The notes: generated by a model from the sequence alone, not told the origin. 64,000 bases of DNA from Escherichia coli (GCF_044324785.1 NZ_CP172127.1); one strand, 5' to 3'; positions 9,333 to 20,223 are shown, numbered from the stretch's first letter. Numbers and translations: made by a program.

Positions 9333-11696
9333 ATGAAAACGCTGAAAAACTGGACCCTGCACAAACAGTCTGCCCACCACGTTGAACTGCTGGTCGATGG
9401 CCAGCATATCCTGTGCCTGTACGTGCTGGAAGAAAATCTGTTCCGCGTGCTGTTAAAACGCAAAGGCGAGCTGGCGCTGGATCGCACCTGGAGCATTGCT
9501 CCGGCGCAGGATGTGCCATGGGAAGGGCGCAGCCGCGAAGATCTCAGCGGCTTTAGCCTGCCCGCGTGGACATTGATCCAGCACGACGACACCGTGGTTA
9601 TCGCCACCGAGTCACTGCGTGTCACCGTTCACCAGCCGCTGTGGCTGGAGTGGCACTATCGTAACAACGAAGGCGAATGGCTGCCGTTGGTGAATGACCG
9701 CCCGACCAGCGCTTATCTGCTGAATGCCCACGGCGATGGCGTGGCACACTATCAGAGCCGTCGTAAAGATGAACGCTTTTATGGCCTCGGAGATAAAGCC
9801 GGCGACCTGCAACGCAACGGTAAACGTTACGAGATGCGTAACCTCGACGCGATGGGCTACAACGCCGTTAGTACTGACCCGCTGTACAAACACATTCCAT
9901 TCACCATCACCCGCCGCGATGACATTAGCTTCGGCCTGTTTTATGACAACCTCAGCAGCTGCTGGCTGGATCTGGGCAACGAGATCGACAACTACCACAC
10001 CGCCTATCGCCGCTGGCAGGCGGAAGCGGGTGATATCGACTACTACCTGTTTACCGGCGAACGCGTACTTGATATCACCAAAGCCTTCGTACGCCTGACC
10101 GGAAAAACCCTGTTCGGACCGAAATGGAGCCTGGGCTACAGCGGTTCAACTATGCACTACACCGATGCGCCGGACGCACAAAATCAGTTGATGAACTTTA
10201 TCCGCCTGTGTGAAGAACATGCAATTCCCTGCGATTCGTTCCAGCTCTCTTCCGGTTATACCTCAATTAACGGCAAACGCTATGTGTTCAACTGGAACTA
10301 CGACAAAGTGCCGCAGCCGAAAGTGATGAGCCAGGCATTTCACAATGCTGGTTTGCACCTGGCCGCCAATATCAAGCCGTGCCTGTTGCAGGATCACCCA
10401 CGCTATAACGAAGTGGCAGAAAGAGGACTGTTCATCCGTGATTCAGAAACAGATGAACCAGAACGTTCCAGCTTCTGGGATGACGAAGGTTCTAACCTCG
10501 ACTTTACTAATCCGCAGACCATCCAGTGGTGGCAGGAAGGCGTGACCACACAGCTTCTGGAGATGGGTATCGACTCCACCTGGAACGACAACAACGAATT
10601 CGAAGTATGGGACGGTGAAGCACGCTGTCACGGCTTTGGTCAGACGATCGCGATCAAACATATTCGCCCAGTGATGCCACTGCTGATGATGCGAGCCTCG
10701 ATGGAAGCCCAGCAGCGTTTCGCTCCGGAAAAACGTCCGTACTTGATCTCCCGCTCCGGCTGCGCGGGAATGCAGCGCTACGTGCAGACCTGGAGTGGCG
10801 ATAACCGCACTAGCTGGGACACTCTGCGCTACAACACCCGCATGGGTCTGGGGATGAGCCTCTCCGGGTTGTATAACCTCGGTCACGACGTCGGCGGTTT
10901 CTCCGGTGATAAACCGGACCCGGAACTGTTTGTACGCTGGGTACAAAACGGCGTGATGCATCCGCGCTTTACGATTCACTCATGGAACGATGACCATACC
11001 GTAAACGAACCGTGGATGTATCCGGGCGTCACTCCGGCGATCCGCAGCGCTATTGAGTTGCGCTATCGCCTGCTGCCCTACTTTTATACCCTGATGTGGC
11101 AGGCATACGCCGATGATGAACCAATGCTACGTCCGACTTTCCTTGACCACGAGCACGACGTTCAGACTTTTGAAGAGTGTGATGACTTCCTGCTTGGTCG
11201 CGATATTTTGGTTGCCAGCGTCGTAGAGCAAGGCGAGCGCCAGCGCCGTGTATGGCTGCCAGATAACGAAACTGGCTGGTACGATTTCTACAACGGCGAA
11301 TGGTTCAGTGGCGGTCAGTGGATCACCCTCGACGCACCGCTGGAGAAACTGCCGCTGATGGTGCGTGCCGGGGCTGGTCTACCGCTCAGCAAACGCATCA
11401 CCTATGTGAGCGCAGAACAAGACGATACCCGCGAACTGAAACTGTTCCCGCTGAAAGGTGTGGGCACAACGTCCGGCCTGCTGTTTGAAGACGATGGCGA
11501 AAGCTGGGGCTACCAAACTGGTAATGCGCTTTGGGTGGAATGGGAAATGGTTTGCGATGGGGCGACCATCAACCTGAAAGTCAACGCGCGCGGGGATTAT
11601 CGTCCTGCATGGAGTGCACTGAAAGTGTCATTACCATTGGAAGAAAAACGCACGCTGCTGGTCAATGGTGTTGAAGGGAGTGAATGGATGCGTTAA
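9333..11696 (+). CDS. Glycoside hydrolase family 31 alpha-glycosidase (about 787 aa), specificity unknown
   Basis: GH31 signatures GIDSTWNDNNEF (nucleophile Asp region) and QTWSGDNRTSW. An alternative GTG start exists at 9321. The stop of the upstream MFS gene is 15 nt away, so it is probably an operon. Confidence 0.85.
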   Translation: MKTLKNWTLHKQSAHHVELLVDGQHILCLYVLEENLFRVLLKRKGELALDRTWSIAPAQDVPWEGRSREDLSGFSLPAWTLIQHDDTVVIATESLRVTVHQPLWLEWHYRNNEGEWLPLVNDRPTSAYLLNAHGDGVAHYQSRRKDERFYGLGDKAGDLQRNGKRYEMRNLDAMGYNAVSTDPLYKHIPFTITRRDDISFGLFYDNLSSCWLDLGNEIDNYHTAYRRWQAEAGDIDYYLFTGERVLDITKAFVRLTGKTLFGPKWSLGYSGSTMHYTDAPDAQNQLMNFIRLCEEHAIPCDSFQLSSGYTSINGKRYVFNWNYDKVPQPKVMSQAFHNAGLHLAANIKPCLLQDHPRYNEVAERGLFIRDSETDEPERSSFWDDEGSNLDFTNPQTIQWWQEGVTTQLLEMGIDSTWNDNNEFEVWDGEARCHGFGQTIAIKHIRPVMPLLMMRASMEAQQRFAPEKRPYLISRSGCAGMQRYVQTWSGDNRTSWDTLRYNTRMGLGMSLSGLYNLGHDVGGFSGDKPDPELFVRWVQNGVMHPRFTIHSWNDDHTVNEPWMYPGVTPAIRSAIELRYRLLPYFYTLMWQAYADDEPMLRPTFLDHEHDVQTFEECDDFLLGRDILVASVVEQGERQRRVWLPDNETGWYDFYNGEWFSGGQWITLDAPLEKLPLMVRAGAGLPLSKRITYVSAEQDDTRELKLFPLKGVGTTSGLLFEDDGESWGYQTGNALWVEWEMVCDGATINLKVNARGDYRPAWSALKVSLPLEEKRTLLVNGVEGSEWMR

Positions 11697-11875
11697 ATCA
11701 TTACCGGGGCCGGGAGGCGACTGCACCTTACCCGGTCCAGCCATCGAATCCTTTACCTCAGTATTTCACGCTGCAGGAAGGCAGCAAACCTGTAAACCCC
11801 GGGAGCTTAAATAAGTAAGTGACCGGGGTGAACAGGTGAAGCCAATGCATCTGCCGCATGAAAGACGGCGGGGAA

Positions 11876-13471
11876 TTAACCGTCGATCCCTTTACTACGC
11901 AGGTAATCTTCGTAATTACCGCTAAAGTCAATAACGCGTTCCGGGGTGATTTCCAGAATGCGGGTCGCCAGGGAGCTTACGAACTCACGGTCGTGTGAAA
12001 CAAAGATCAGCGTGCCCTGATACAGTTCCAGCGCCATGTTCAGCGACTCGATGGATTCCATATCCAGGTGGTTGGTCGGTTCGTCCATGATCAGAATGTT
12101 CGGCTTCTGCATCATTAACTTACCAAACAGCATCCGCCCTTTTTCCCCACCGGAAAGCACTTTCGCTGGTTTTTTGATGTCGTCCTGGCTGAACAGCAAA
12201 CGACCGAGAATGCTGCGTACCGCCTGCTCGTCATCGCCTTCCTGCTTCCACTGGCTCATCCATTCGAACACGGTCAGATCATTTTCAAACTCATATTCGT
12301 GGTCCTGAGCATAGTAACCAATGCGCGCGTTTTCAGACCATTTTACGGTGCCGCTGTCCGGTTGCAGATCGCCCACCAGCGTTTTCAGCAGCGTTGATTT
12401 ACCGACGCCGTTGGTACCCAGTACCGCAAGTTTTTCACCGACCTCCAGCAGCAGGTTGAGATTTTTAAACAGTGGACCGTTATCAAACCCTTTGGTCAGA
12501 CCTTCCACTTCCAGCGCGTTACGGAACAGTTTCTTATCCTGTTCAAAACGGATGAACGGGTTCTGACGGCTGGAGGCTTTCACCTCTTCCAGTTTGATTT
12601 TATCAATCTGGCGCGCGCGCGAAGTTGCCTGGCGAGATTTCGAGGCGTTGGCGCTAAAGCGGCTAACGAAAGATTGCAGCTCAGCAATCTGCGCTTTCTT
12701 CTTGGCGTTATCAGCCAGCAGACGTTCACGCGCCTGGGTCGCCGCCGTCATGTACTCATCGTAGTTGCCCGGATAAACGCGCAGCTCGCCGTAATCCAGA
12801 TCCGCCATATGGGTACAAACCATGTTAAGGAAGTGACGGTCGTGCGAGATGATGATCATGGTGCTGTCACGCTCGTTCAGCACCTGTTCCAGCCAACGAA
12901 TGGTGTCGATGTCGAGGTTGTTGGTCGGTTCGTCGAGCAGGAGAATGTCTGGATCAGCAAAAAGCGCCTGTGCCAGCAGCACACGCAGCTTCCAGCCAGG
13001 AGCAACTTCACTCATCGGGCCGTAGTGCTGTTCCACTGGAATTCCCACGCCAAGCAACAATTCACCGGCGCGAGCTTCCGCAGAGTAACCGTCCATTTCG
13101 CCGTATTTCACTTCCAGATCGGCCACTTTATAGCCGTCTTCTTCACTCATTTCCGGCAAAGCATAGATGCGGTCACGCTCCTGCTTCACTTCCCACAACT
13201 CTTTATGCCCCATGATCACCGTATCCAGCACAGTGAACTCTTCAAAGGCAAACTGATCCTGACGCAGCTTACCAATGCGCTCGTTGGGATCGAGGGAAAC
13301 GTTACCCAACGTCGGCTCTAAGTCGCCGCCGAGGATCTTCATAAAGGTGGATTTACCACTACCGTTCGCGCCAATCAGGCCGTAACGGTTGCCGCCGCCA
13401 AATTTGACGGAAATGTTTTCAAACAACGGCTTACTGCCGAACTGCATGGTGACGTTACTGGAAACTAACAC
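11876..13471 (-). CDS. ybiT: ABC-F family ATPase (two ABC domains, no TMD)
   Basis: Two Walker A motifs ([18 protein letters not shown]) and two LSGGE signatures. Recognised as YbiT. Confidence 0.93.
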   Translation of the reverse strand: MLVSSNVTMQFGSKPLFENISVKFGGGNRYGLIGANGSGKSTFMKILGGDLEPTLGNVSLDPNERIGKLRQDQFAFEEFTVLDTVIMGHKELWEVKQERDRIYALPEMSEEDGYKVADLEVKYGEMDGYSAEARAGELLLGVGIPVEQHYGPMSEVAPGWKLRVLLAQALFADPDILLLDEPTNNLDIDTIRWLEQVLNERDSTMIIISHDRHFLNMVCTHMADLDYGELRVYPGNYDEYMTAATQARERLLADNAKKKAQIAELQSFVSRFSANASKSRQATSRARQIDKIKLEEVKASSRQNPFIRFEQDKKLFRNALEVEGLTKGFDNGPLFKNLNLLLEVGEKLAVLGTNGVGKSTLLKTLVGDLQPDSGTVKWSENARIGYYAQDHEYEFENDLTVFEWMSQWKQEGDDEQAVRSILGRLLFSQDDIKKPAKVLSGGEKGRMLFGKLMMQKPNILIMDEPTNHLDMESIESLNMALELYQGTLIFVSHDREFVSSLATRILEITPERVIDFSGNYEDYLRSKGIDG

Positions 13472-13689
13472 AGGCGTATCCTGAAAAGAGATATGACAAA
13501 CCGCGCATTATGCCATAAGTCTGAAAGAAGATCCTGCTCCTCGCTTAAGGTCTACACTCAAGCCAAAGGCAAAAAATGTGATTTCGTACACATCTGATTT
13601 CACTGTGAGCTGGAATGAACTTATAATGCGCTTCCAATACTCTAATATTCTCAACCCAATGGCCTGCCAGGCACAAAATCTCGCTTAAC

Positions 13690-14610
13690 ATGAATATGAA
13701 ATTGAAAACATTATTCGCAGCGGCCTTCGCTGTTGTCGGCTTTTGCAGTACCGCCTCTGCGGTAACTTATCCTCTGCCAACCGACGGGAGTCGCCTGGTT
13801 GGTCAGAATCAGGTGATCACCATTCCTGAAGGTAACACTCAGCCGCTGGAGTATTTTGCCGCCGAGTACCAGATGGGGCTTTCCAATATGATGGAAGCGA
13901 ACCCCGGTGTGGATACCTTCCTGCCGAAAGGCGGTACTGTACTGAACATTCCGCAGCAGCTGATCCTGCCGGATACCGTTCATGAAGGCATCGTCATTAA
14001 CAGTGCAGAGATGCGTCTGTATTACTATCCGAAAGGAACCAACACTGTTATCGTGCTGCCGATCGGCATTGGTCAGTTAGGCAAAGACACGCCTATCAAC
14101 TGGACCACCAAAGTTGAGCGTAAAAAAGCAGGCCCGACCTGGACGCCGACCGCCAAAATGCACGCAGAGTACCGCGCTGCGGGCGAACCGCTTCCGGCTG
14201 TCGTTCCGGCAGGTCCGGATAACCCGATGGGTCTGTATGCACTCTACATCGGTCGCCTGTACGCTATCCATGGCACCAACGCCAACTTCGGTATCGGCCT
14301 GCGTGTAAGTCATGGCTGTGTGCGTCTGCGTAACGAAGACATTAAATTCCTGTTCGAGAAAGTGCCTGTCGGTACTCGCGTGCAGTTTATTGATGAGCCG
14401 GTGAAAGCGACTACCGAACCAGACGGCAGCCGTTACATTGAAGTCCATAACCCGCTGTCTACCACCGAAGCCCAGTTTGAAGGTCAGGAAATTGTGCCAA
14501 TTACCCTGACGAAGAGCGTGCAGACAGTGACCGGTCAGCCAGATGTTGATCAGGTTGTTCTGGATGAAGCGATCAAAAATCGTTCCGGGATGCCGGTTCG
14601 TCTGAATTAA
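13690..14610 (+). CDS. ldtB: L,D-transpeptidase (Lpp attachment), 306 aa
   Basis: Signal peptide, LysM-like region and YkuD catalytic motif [12 protein letters not shown]. Recognised as YbiS/LdtB. Confidence 0.93.
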
Positions 14611-14630
14611 TCGTCAAAACGTAAAACAGA

Positions 14631-14655
14631 GGCGGACTCATCATCCGCCTTTTTT
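14631..14655 (+). terminator. Rho-independent terminator after ldtB
   Basis: GGCGGA-ctcatca-TCCGCC followed by TTTTTT. Confidence 0.75.
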
Positions 14656-14667
14656 ATTTGCCAGACC

Positions 14668-15786
14668 CTACCAGGCCGGGATCATAACCAACAAAACGTA
14701 TCCCACCAGCGCCGCCCACAACAGCATCGGTATTGAATAGAGATGGAAACGCCACCAGATACGGCGATCGTTCGCCATCCGTAACGCAATCAAATTTGCC
14801 AGCGATCCGGGTAATAAACCAAAGCCACCTACGTTAACCGCCCATGCCAGCAGCAACGACGGCGGCACATAATTGAGCAGCAAAATGGTACTCGGCACGT
14901 TACTGATCACCTGCGATAAACCGATTGCCGTTAACCATAACCCGGGTTCAGATAAATGACTCACGTTACCCAACACACCTTGCAACGCTGGAAGCTGGGT
15001 CAGTAAATGGACGTCGATAAACATCGCCATAAACACCAGCAGCAGCGTCCAGTCCACACTCAACACCACGCGACGTGCCAGCAGCGCAAAGCCCGCCGCC
15101 ACAATCACCAGTCCCCACAGCTCTTGTTTTAACTCCAGCGCCGTCAGAAAGACGATATACAGCCCCAGACAACTCCACACCAGCCGCGGTTTCCACTCCG
15201 GAGTTTGCACCCCCGTATGGTATTGGAGTGCCTTTCCAGGGAAACAACACCAGCACAGGAGCAGGAGCGTCAGCATCATTGCGCCAGCCAGTGGTGCCAT
15301 TTGGGCAATAAATCCGGCAAACGAAAGACCAGAACGTCCCCAGATAAGAATATTTTGCGGGTTGCCAATTGGCGTCAGTAGCGAACCAGCGTTGACTGCC
15401 AGCGCCTCAAAAATAATCAGCCGATTAACCGGGATCTCACACAGTCTTTTGAGCGTGATAGTCAGCGGAACAACTATAAACAGCGCGACATCGTTGGTCA
15501 GAAAGGTAGAAAGCAGCGCCGCCGCCAGCACCATAAACATCGCCAGCCGACGCTCCGTAGCAAAGCGGCGCACCATTTTGCGCCCCAGCACATCAAAATA
15601 ACCGCTTAGCTCCACACCTTTAGTCAGCAGCATCAGGCCGCTTAAGGTGATGATGGTGTGCCAGTCGATAGCAGCAGGCCAGGATTTCGGTGCAAAGGGA
15701 ACAAAAAAACTTAATCCGATGCCAACAAGAATTAATAACTGAAAAAAACGATCGCCTTGCAGCGTGCGTAAAAAAGGCAGGCTCAT
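14668..15786 (-). CDS. ybiR: Putative anion permease (ArsB/NhaD superfamily)
   Basis: 372-aa polytopic membrane protein recognised as YbiR. ATGA overlap with mntR. Confidence 0.88.
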
Positions 15787-16250
15787 TTGGCACCGTGTTT
15801 CTGGGTAAACAAACGAAAGGCATCCAGCGTCTCTTCACTAACATGGTGCTCCATGCCTTCCGCGTCGCGACGGGCGATTTCCGGACTGACGCCCAACACC
15901 AACAAGAAATTTTCGACTATCTGATGTCGCTCGCGGCTTTCCTGCGCCAGTTTCTCTCCTTCTGCCGTTAAAAACACGCCACGCCAGGGGATCATTTCAA
16001 TCAGCCCCATGGTTGCCAGCCGCTTAAGCATTTTCGCCACCGTCGGTTGCGAAACCCCCAGACGAGCAGCCATGTCCACCTGACGAGCTTCCCCCACTTC
16101 CCTGATCAAGTCAGAAATCAGCTCAACGTAATCATCAATAAGCTCGCGCCGATGCGCCTCTCTGACCTGGCGGAACCCTTCAACGTGCTCTTCCACGTTC
16201 ACTAACTGCGTCACTTTTTTTGCTGTTGGCGTACCTGCGCGACGACTCAT
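15783..16250 (-). CDS. mntR: Mn(II)-responsive transcriptional regulator (DtxR family)
   Basis: 155 aa, ...[38 protein letters not shown]... recognised as MntR. Confidence 0.93.
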
Positions 16251-16361
16251 TGTGCTTCCTCATTATGGTGACGCATACCTAGCGTTCTCATTTCGTGCGC
16301 ACATTGTAAACCAGAGTTGCGAAGGTACAAAAAATTAACGTTTTAGCAATAGCTATATAAT

Positions 16362-16375
16362 ATAGCCTGTGCTAT
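16362..16375. promoter_or_regulatory. Candidate MntR operator ATAGC-CTGT-GCTAT upstream of mntS
   Basis: An inverted repeat ATAGC-N4-GCTAT is the architecture I recall for the mntH MntR site. A further ATAGC copy lies just upstream (16350-16360). Confidence 0.5.
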
Positions 16376-16435
16376 ATCTGTATGTAATGCAATCATCCCT
16401 CAAGGATCGACGGGATTAGCAAGTCAGGAGGTCTT

Positions 16436-16564
16436 ATGAATGAGTTCAAGAGGTGTATGCGCGTGTTTAGTCATTCTCCCTTTAAAGTACGGTTAATGCT
16501 GCTCTCTATGTTGTGCGATATGGTCAACAACAAACCGCAGCAAGATAAACCTTCCGATAAATAG
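16436..16564 (+). CDS. mntS: Small protein MntS (42 aa); below the ORF-track length cutoff
   Basis: Manual translation gives MNEFKRCMRVFSHSPFKVRLMLLSMLCDMVNNKPQQDKPSDK*. AGGAGG lies 7 nt upstream. The position between mntR and opgE matches K-12. Confidence 0.85.
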   Translation: MNEFKRCMRVFSHSPFKVRLMLLSMLCDMVNNKPQQDKPSDK

Positions 16565-16835
16565 CGGCGTCGCGGTACGCCGCTTCACTCCTGCTTTTAT
16601 GCAGGCACAACGCGTTTTGGTCTGAAAAACCCCACTTTTTGTCGGATTTGCAATCCCCTTCGCAAAAGATTTGTTCGTCAGTAGTTGACCTGAACGGCGG
16701 CTCGCTCTATCTTCTTGCAGCCCTGCGTATATTGCGGCTCGCGGATGCGGACCCCTTTCCCCTCTTCACGCACTCTTGCAGGTATTGACCCTTGACGCCA
16801 GGGTAAGCACATGGCGTTTGTTACGATAGTGGCAT

Positions 16836-18419
16836 ATGAATTTAACCCTCAAAGAATCGCTTGTTACCCGTAGCCGGGTATTTAGCCCGTGGACTGCGTT
16901 CTACTTTTTACAGTCGCTATTAATTAACCTCGGCTTAGGTTATCCCTTCAGTTTGCTCTACACCGCTGCGTTTACGGCTATTTTGCTTTTGCTATGGCGA
17001 ACATTGCCTCGCGTACAAAAAGTTCTGGTCGGTGTCAGTTCGCTGGTGGCGGCTTGTTATTTCCCTTTTGCTCAGGCCTACGGCGCGCCTAATTTCAATA
17101 CATTGCTGGCATTGCACTCCACCAATATGGAAGAGTCGACCGAAATCCTGACGATTTTTCCGTGGTACAGCTACCTGGTCGGCTTATTTATTTTTGCGCT
17201 CGGCGTAATAGCAATCAGGCGAAAAAAAGAGAATGAAAAAGCGCGCTGGAATACCTTCGACAGCCTGTGTCTGGTATTCAGTGTGGCGACATTTTTTGTT
17301 GCTCCCGTGCAAAACCTGGCCTGGGGCGGCGTATTTAAACTGAAAGATACTGGCTATCCGGTATTTCGTTTTGCTAAGGATGTCATCGTCAATAATAACG
17401 AGGTGATTGAAGAGCAAGAACGGATGGCAAAACTGTCCGGAATGAAAGATACCTGGACGGTCACTGCCGTTAAGCCGAAATATCAGACTTATGTGGTGGT
17501 GATCGGTGAAAGCGCGCGTCGCGATGCCCTCGGTGCCTTTGGCGGTCACTGGGACAATACCCCGTTTGCCAGCAGCGTTAACGGTTTGATATTTGCTGAC
17601 TACATTGCCGCCAGTGGCTCCACGCAGAAATCGCTTGGCTTAACGCTCAATCGCGTAGTCGATGGCAAACCACAGTTTCAGGATAACTTTGTCACCCTGG
17701 CAAATCGCGCGGGCTTCCAGACCTGGTGGTTTTCCAACCAGGGCCAAATCGGCGAATACGATACCGCCATCGCCAGCATCGCCAAACGTGCAGATGAAGT
17801 GTACTTCCTGAAAGAAGGTAATTTTGAAGCAGATAAAAACACGAAAGACGAAGCGTTACTGGATATGACCGCTCAAGTGCTGGCACAAGAGCACTCGCAA
17901 CCGCGGCTGATTGTTCTACATCTGATGGGCTCACATCCGCAGGCCTGCGACCGGACACAAGGCAAATACGAAACCTTTGTGCAATCGAAAGAAACGTCGT
18001 GCTATCTCTATACCATGACGCAAACGGACGATTTACTGCGCAAGCTGTACGATCAGTTACGCAACAGCGGCAGCAGCTTCTCGCTGGTTTACTTTTCTGA
18101 CCACGGTCTGGCTTTTAAAGAGCGCGGCAAAGACGTGCAATACCTTGCCCATGATGATAAGTATCAGCAAAATTTCCAGGTGCCTTTTATGGTCATTTCG
18201 AGCGACGATAAAGCGCATCGGGTGATTAAAGCCCGCCGCTCAGCCAATGACTTCTTAGGTTTTTTCTCCCAGTGGACGGGAATTAAAGCGAAGGAAATTA
18301 ACATCAAATACCCGTTTATATCTGAGAAGAAAGCCGGGCCGATATACATCACCAACTTCCAGTTACAGAAGGTAGATTACAACCATCTCGGAACCGATAT
18401 TTTCGACCCGAAACCTTAA
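16836..18419 (+). CDS. opgE: Phosphoethanolamine transferase (OPG modification)
   Basis: 527 aa with N-terminal TM helices and a sulfatase-like domain. Recognised as YbiP/OpgE. Confidence 0.88.
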   Translation: MNLTLKESLVTRSRVFSPWTAFYFLQSLLINLGLGYPFSLLYTAAFTAILLLLWRTLPRVQKVLVGVSSLVAACYFPFAQAYGAPNFNTLLALHSTNMEESTEILTIFPWYSYLVGLFIFALGVIAIRRKKENEKARWNTFDSLCLVFSVATFFVAPVQNLAWGGVFKLKDTGYPVFRFAKDVIVNNNEVIEEQERMAKLSGMKDTWTVTAVKPKYQTYVVVIGESARRDALGAFGGHWDNTPFASSVNGLIFADYIAASGSTQKSLGLTLNRVVDGKPQFQDNFVTLANRAGFQTWWFSNQGQIGEYDTAIASIAKRADEVYFLKEGNFEADKNTKDEALLDMTAQVLAQEHSQPRLIVLHLMGSHPQACDRTQGKYETFVQSKETSCYLYTMTQTDDLLRKLYDQLRNSGSSFSLVYFSDHGLAFKERGKDVQYLAHDDKYQQNFQVPFMVISSDDKAHRVIKARRSANDFLGFFSQWTGIKAKEINIKYPFISEKKAGPIYITNFQLQKVDYNHLGTDIFDPKP

Positions 18420-18423
18420 AAAC

Positions 18424-18452
18424 AAAAATCCGCCCCGAGAGGCGGATTTTTT
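18424..18452. terminator. Bidirectional Rho-independent terminator between convergent opgE and ompX
   Basis: AAAAATCCGCC-ccgaga-GGCGGATTTTTT, with A-run and T-run flanks. Confidence 0.8.
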
Positions 18453-18467
18453 ATATCACCGAAGTGA

Positions 18468-18983
18468 TTAGAAGCGGTAACCAACACCGGCAATCCAGGT
18501 GCCTACGTCAACGCTACGAATACGGCTCTGCTCGTAAGAGAAGTCCAGAGCAACGTTTTCCATCGGGTTGAACTGCAGACCAGCACCGTAGGAGAAACCG
18601 TAGTCGCTGGTGTCGTGTTTGTAGGTCGGGTATTCAGTGGTCTGGAATTTACCATAACCCACACCCACTACACCGTAGATGCTTGCCCAGTCGTTAATGC
18701 GGTAAGCCGGACCAGCAGTGATGCCGTAGTACTGGTTTTTGTTGTAGTCACCAGAGCTTGCAGTACGGCTTTTCTCGGTGTAAGTGAAAGAACCGATCAC
18801 ACCCAGCGGGCTGTTGTCTTCTTCATAGCGGTATTTCAGGTTGAAACCGCCCATTTTGTTCATTTGGCCCTGAGCGTCGCTCTGTGCGTAACCGCCAGTT
18901 ACGGTAGAAGTCGCAGCTACGGAAGTACCTGCGGTGAAAGCCAGAACTGCGGCCAGTGCTGAAAGACATGCAATTTTTTTCAT
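18468..18983 (-). CDS. ompX: Outer membrane protein X (8-stranded beta-barrel)
   Basis: MKKIACLSALAAVLAFTAGTSVAATSTVTGGYAQSD...GVGYRF recognised as OmpX. Start trimmed by 2 codons. Confidence 0.95.
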   Translation of the reverse strand: MKKIACLSALAAVLAFTAGTSVAATSTVTGGYAQSDAQGQMNKMGGFNLKYRYEEDNSPLGVIGSFTYTEKSRTASSGDYNKNQYYGITAGPAYRINDWASIYGVVGVGYGKFQTTEYPTYKHDTSDYGFSYGAGLQFNPMENVALDFSYEQSRIRSVDVGTWIAGVGYRF

Positions 18984-19335
18984 AACCACCTCAAATGTGA
19001 TTCAAATAAGTCCTAAGTTTTAAATATATCAAAAATTAATGGGAAACTCTTCGCGATTTGTGATGTCTAACGGGCCATTTCATGTAACAGAACGTTTCCA
19101 TACACCGCTATCCATCTAAATTTAAATCACTTTTTCAGAGAACTGCGTAAGTATTACGCATGTTTTCCCTGTCATTCATCCAGATTATTCCTAATCACCA
19201 GACTAATGATTCCATCAATCCTGGCGCATTTTAGTCAAAACGGGGGAAAATTTTTTCAACAAATGCTCAACCAGCATTGGGTATATCCAGTACACTCCAC
19301 GCTTTACTTAAGTCTAGATATTTGTGGGAGAAAGG

Positions 19336-20223
19336 ATGCCTGGTTCATTACGTAAAATGCCGGTCTGGTTACCAATAGTCATATTGCTCGTTGCCATGGC
19401 GTCTATTCAGGGTGGAGCCTCGTTAGCTAAGTCACTTTTTCCTCTGGTGGGCGCACCGGGTGTCACTGCGCTACGTCTGGCATTAGGAACGCTGATCCTC
19501 ATCGCGTTCTTTAAGCCATGGCGACTGCGCTTTGCCAAAGAGCAGCGGTTACCGCTGTTGTTTTACGGCGTTTCGCTGGGTGGGATGAATTATCTTTTTT
19601 ATCTTTCTATTCAGACAGTACCGCTGGGTATTGCGGTGGCGCTGGAGTTCACCGGACCACTGGCGGTGGCGCTGTTCTCTTCTCGTCGCCCGGTAGATTT
19701 CGTCTGGGTTGTTCTGGCGGTTCTTGGTCTGTGGTTCCTGCTACCGCTGGGGCAAGACGTTTCCCATGTCGATTTAACCGGCTGTGCGCTGGCTCTGGGG
19801 GCCGGGGCTTGTTGGGCTATTTACATTTTAAGTGGGCAACGCGCAGGAGCGGAACATGGCCCTGCGACGGTGGCAATTGGTTCGTTGATTGCAGCGTTAA
19901 TTTTCGTGCCAATTGGAGCGCTTCAGGCTGGTGAAGCACTCTGGCACTGGTCGGTTATTCCATTGGGTCTGGCGGTCGCTATTCTCTCGACCGCTCTGCC
20001 TTATTCGCTGGAAATGATTGCCCTCACCCGTTTGCCAACACGGACATTTGGTACGCTGATGAGCATGGAACCGGCGCTGGCTGCCGTTTCCGGGATGATT
20101 TTCCTCGGAGAAACACTGACACCCATACAGCTGCTGGCGCTCGGCGCTATCATCGCCGCTTCAATGGGGTCTACGCTGACAGTACGCAAAGAGAGCAAAA
20201 TAAAAGAATTAGACATTAATTAA
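19336..20223 (+). CDS. rhtA: Threonine/homoserine exporter (DMT family)
   Basis: MPGSLRKMPVWLPIVILLVAMASIQGGASLAKSLF... recognised as RhtA. Start trimmed from 19324. Confidence 0.9.
   Translation: MPGSLRKMPVWLPIVILLVAMASIQGGASLAKSLFPLVGAPGVTALRLALGTLILIAFFKPWRLRFAKEQRLPLLFYGVSLGGMNYLFYLSIQTVPLGIAVALEFTGPLAVALFSSRRPVDFVWVVLAVLGLWFLLPLGQDVSHVDLTGCALALGAGACWAIYILSGQRAGAEHGPATVAIGSLIAALIFVPIGALQAGEALWHWSVIPLGLAVAILSTALPYSLEMIALTRLPTRTFGTLMSMEPALAAVSGMIFLGETLTPIQLLALGAIIAASMGSTLTVRKESKIKELDIN

Noticed and set aside
11697-11875. Possible riboswitch or sRNA in the GH31-ybiT spacer
   Set aside because: I could not match it to any RNA family I know. It is retained only as a low-interest unexplained spacer in the findings.
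12674-13321. 215-aa plus-strand ORF, plus several 80-90 aa ORFs, inside ybiT
   Set aside because: These are antisense shadow ORFs of a well-recognised ABC-F gene, with no RBS or motif support.
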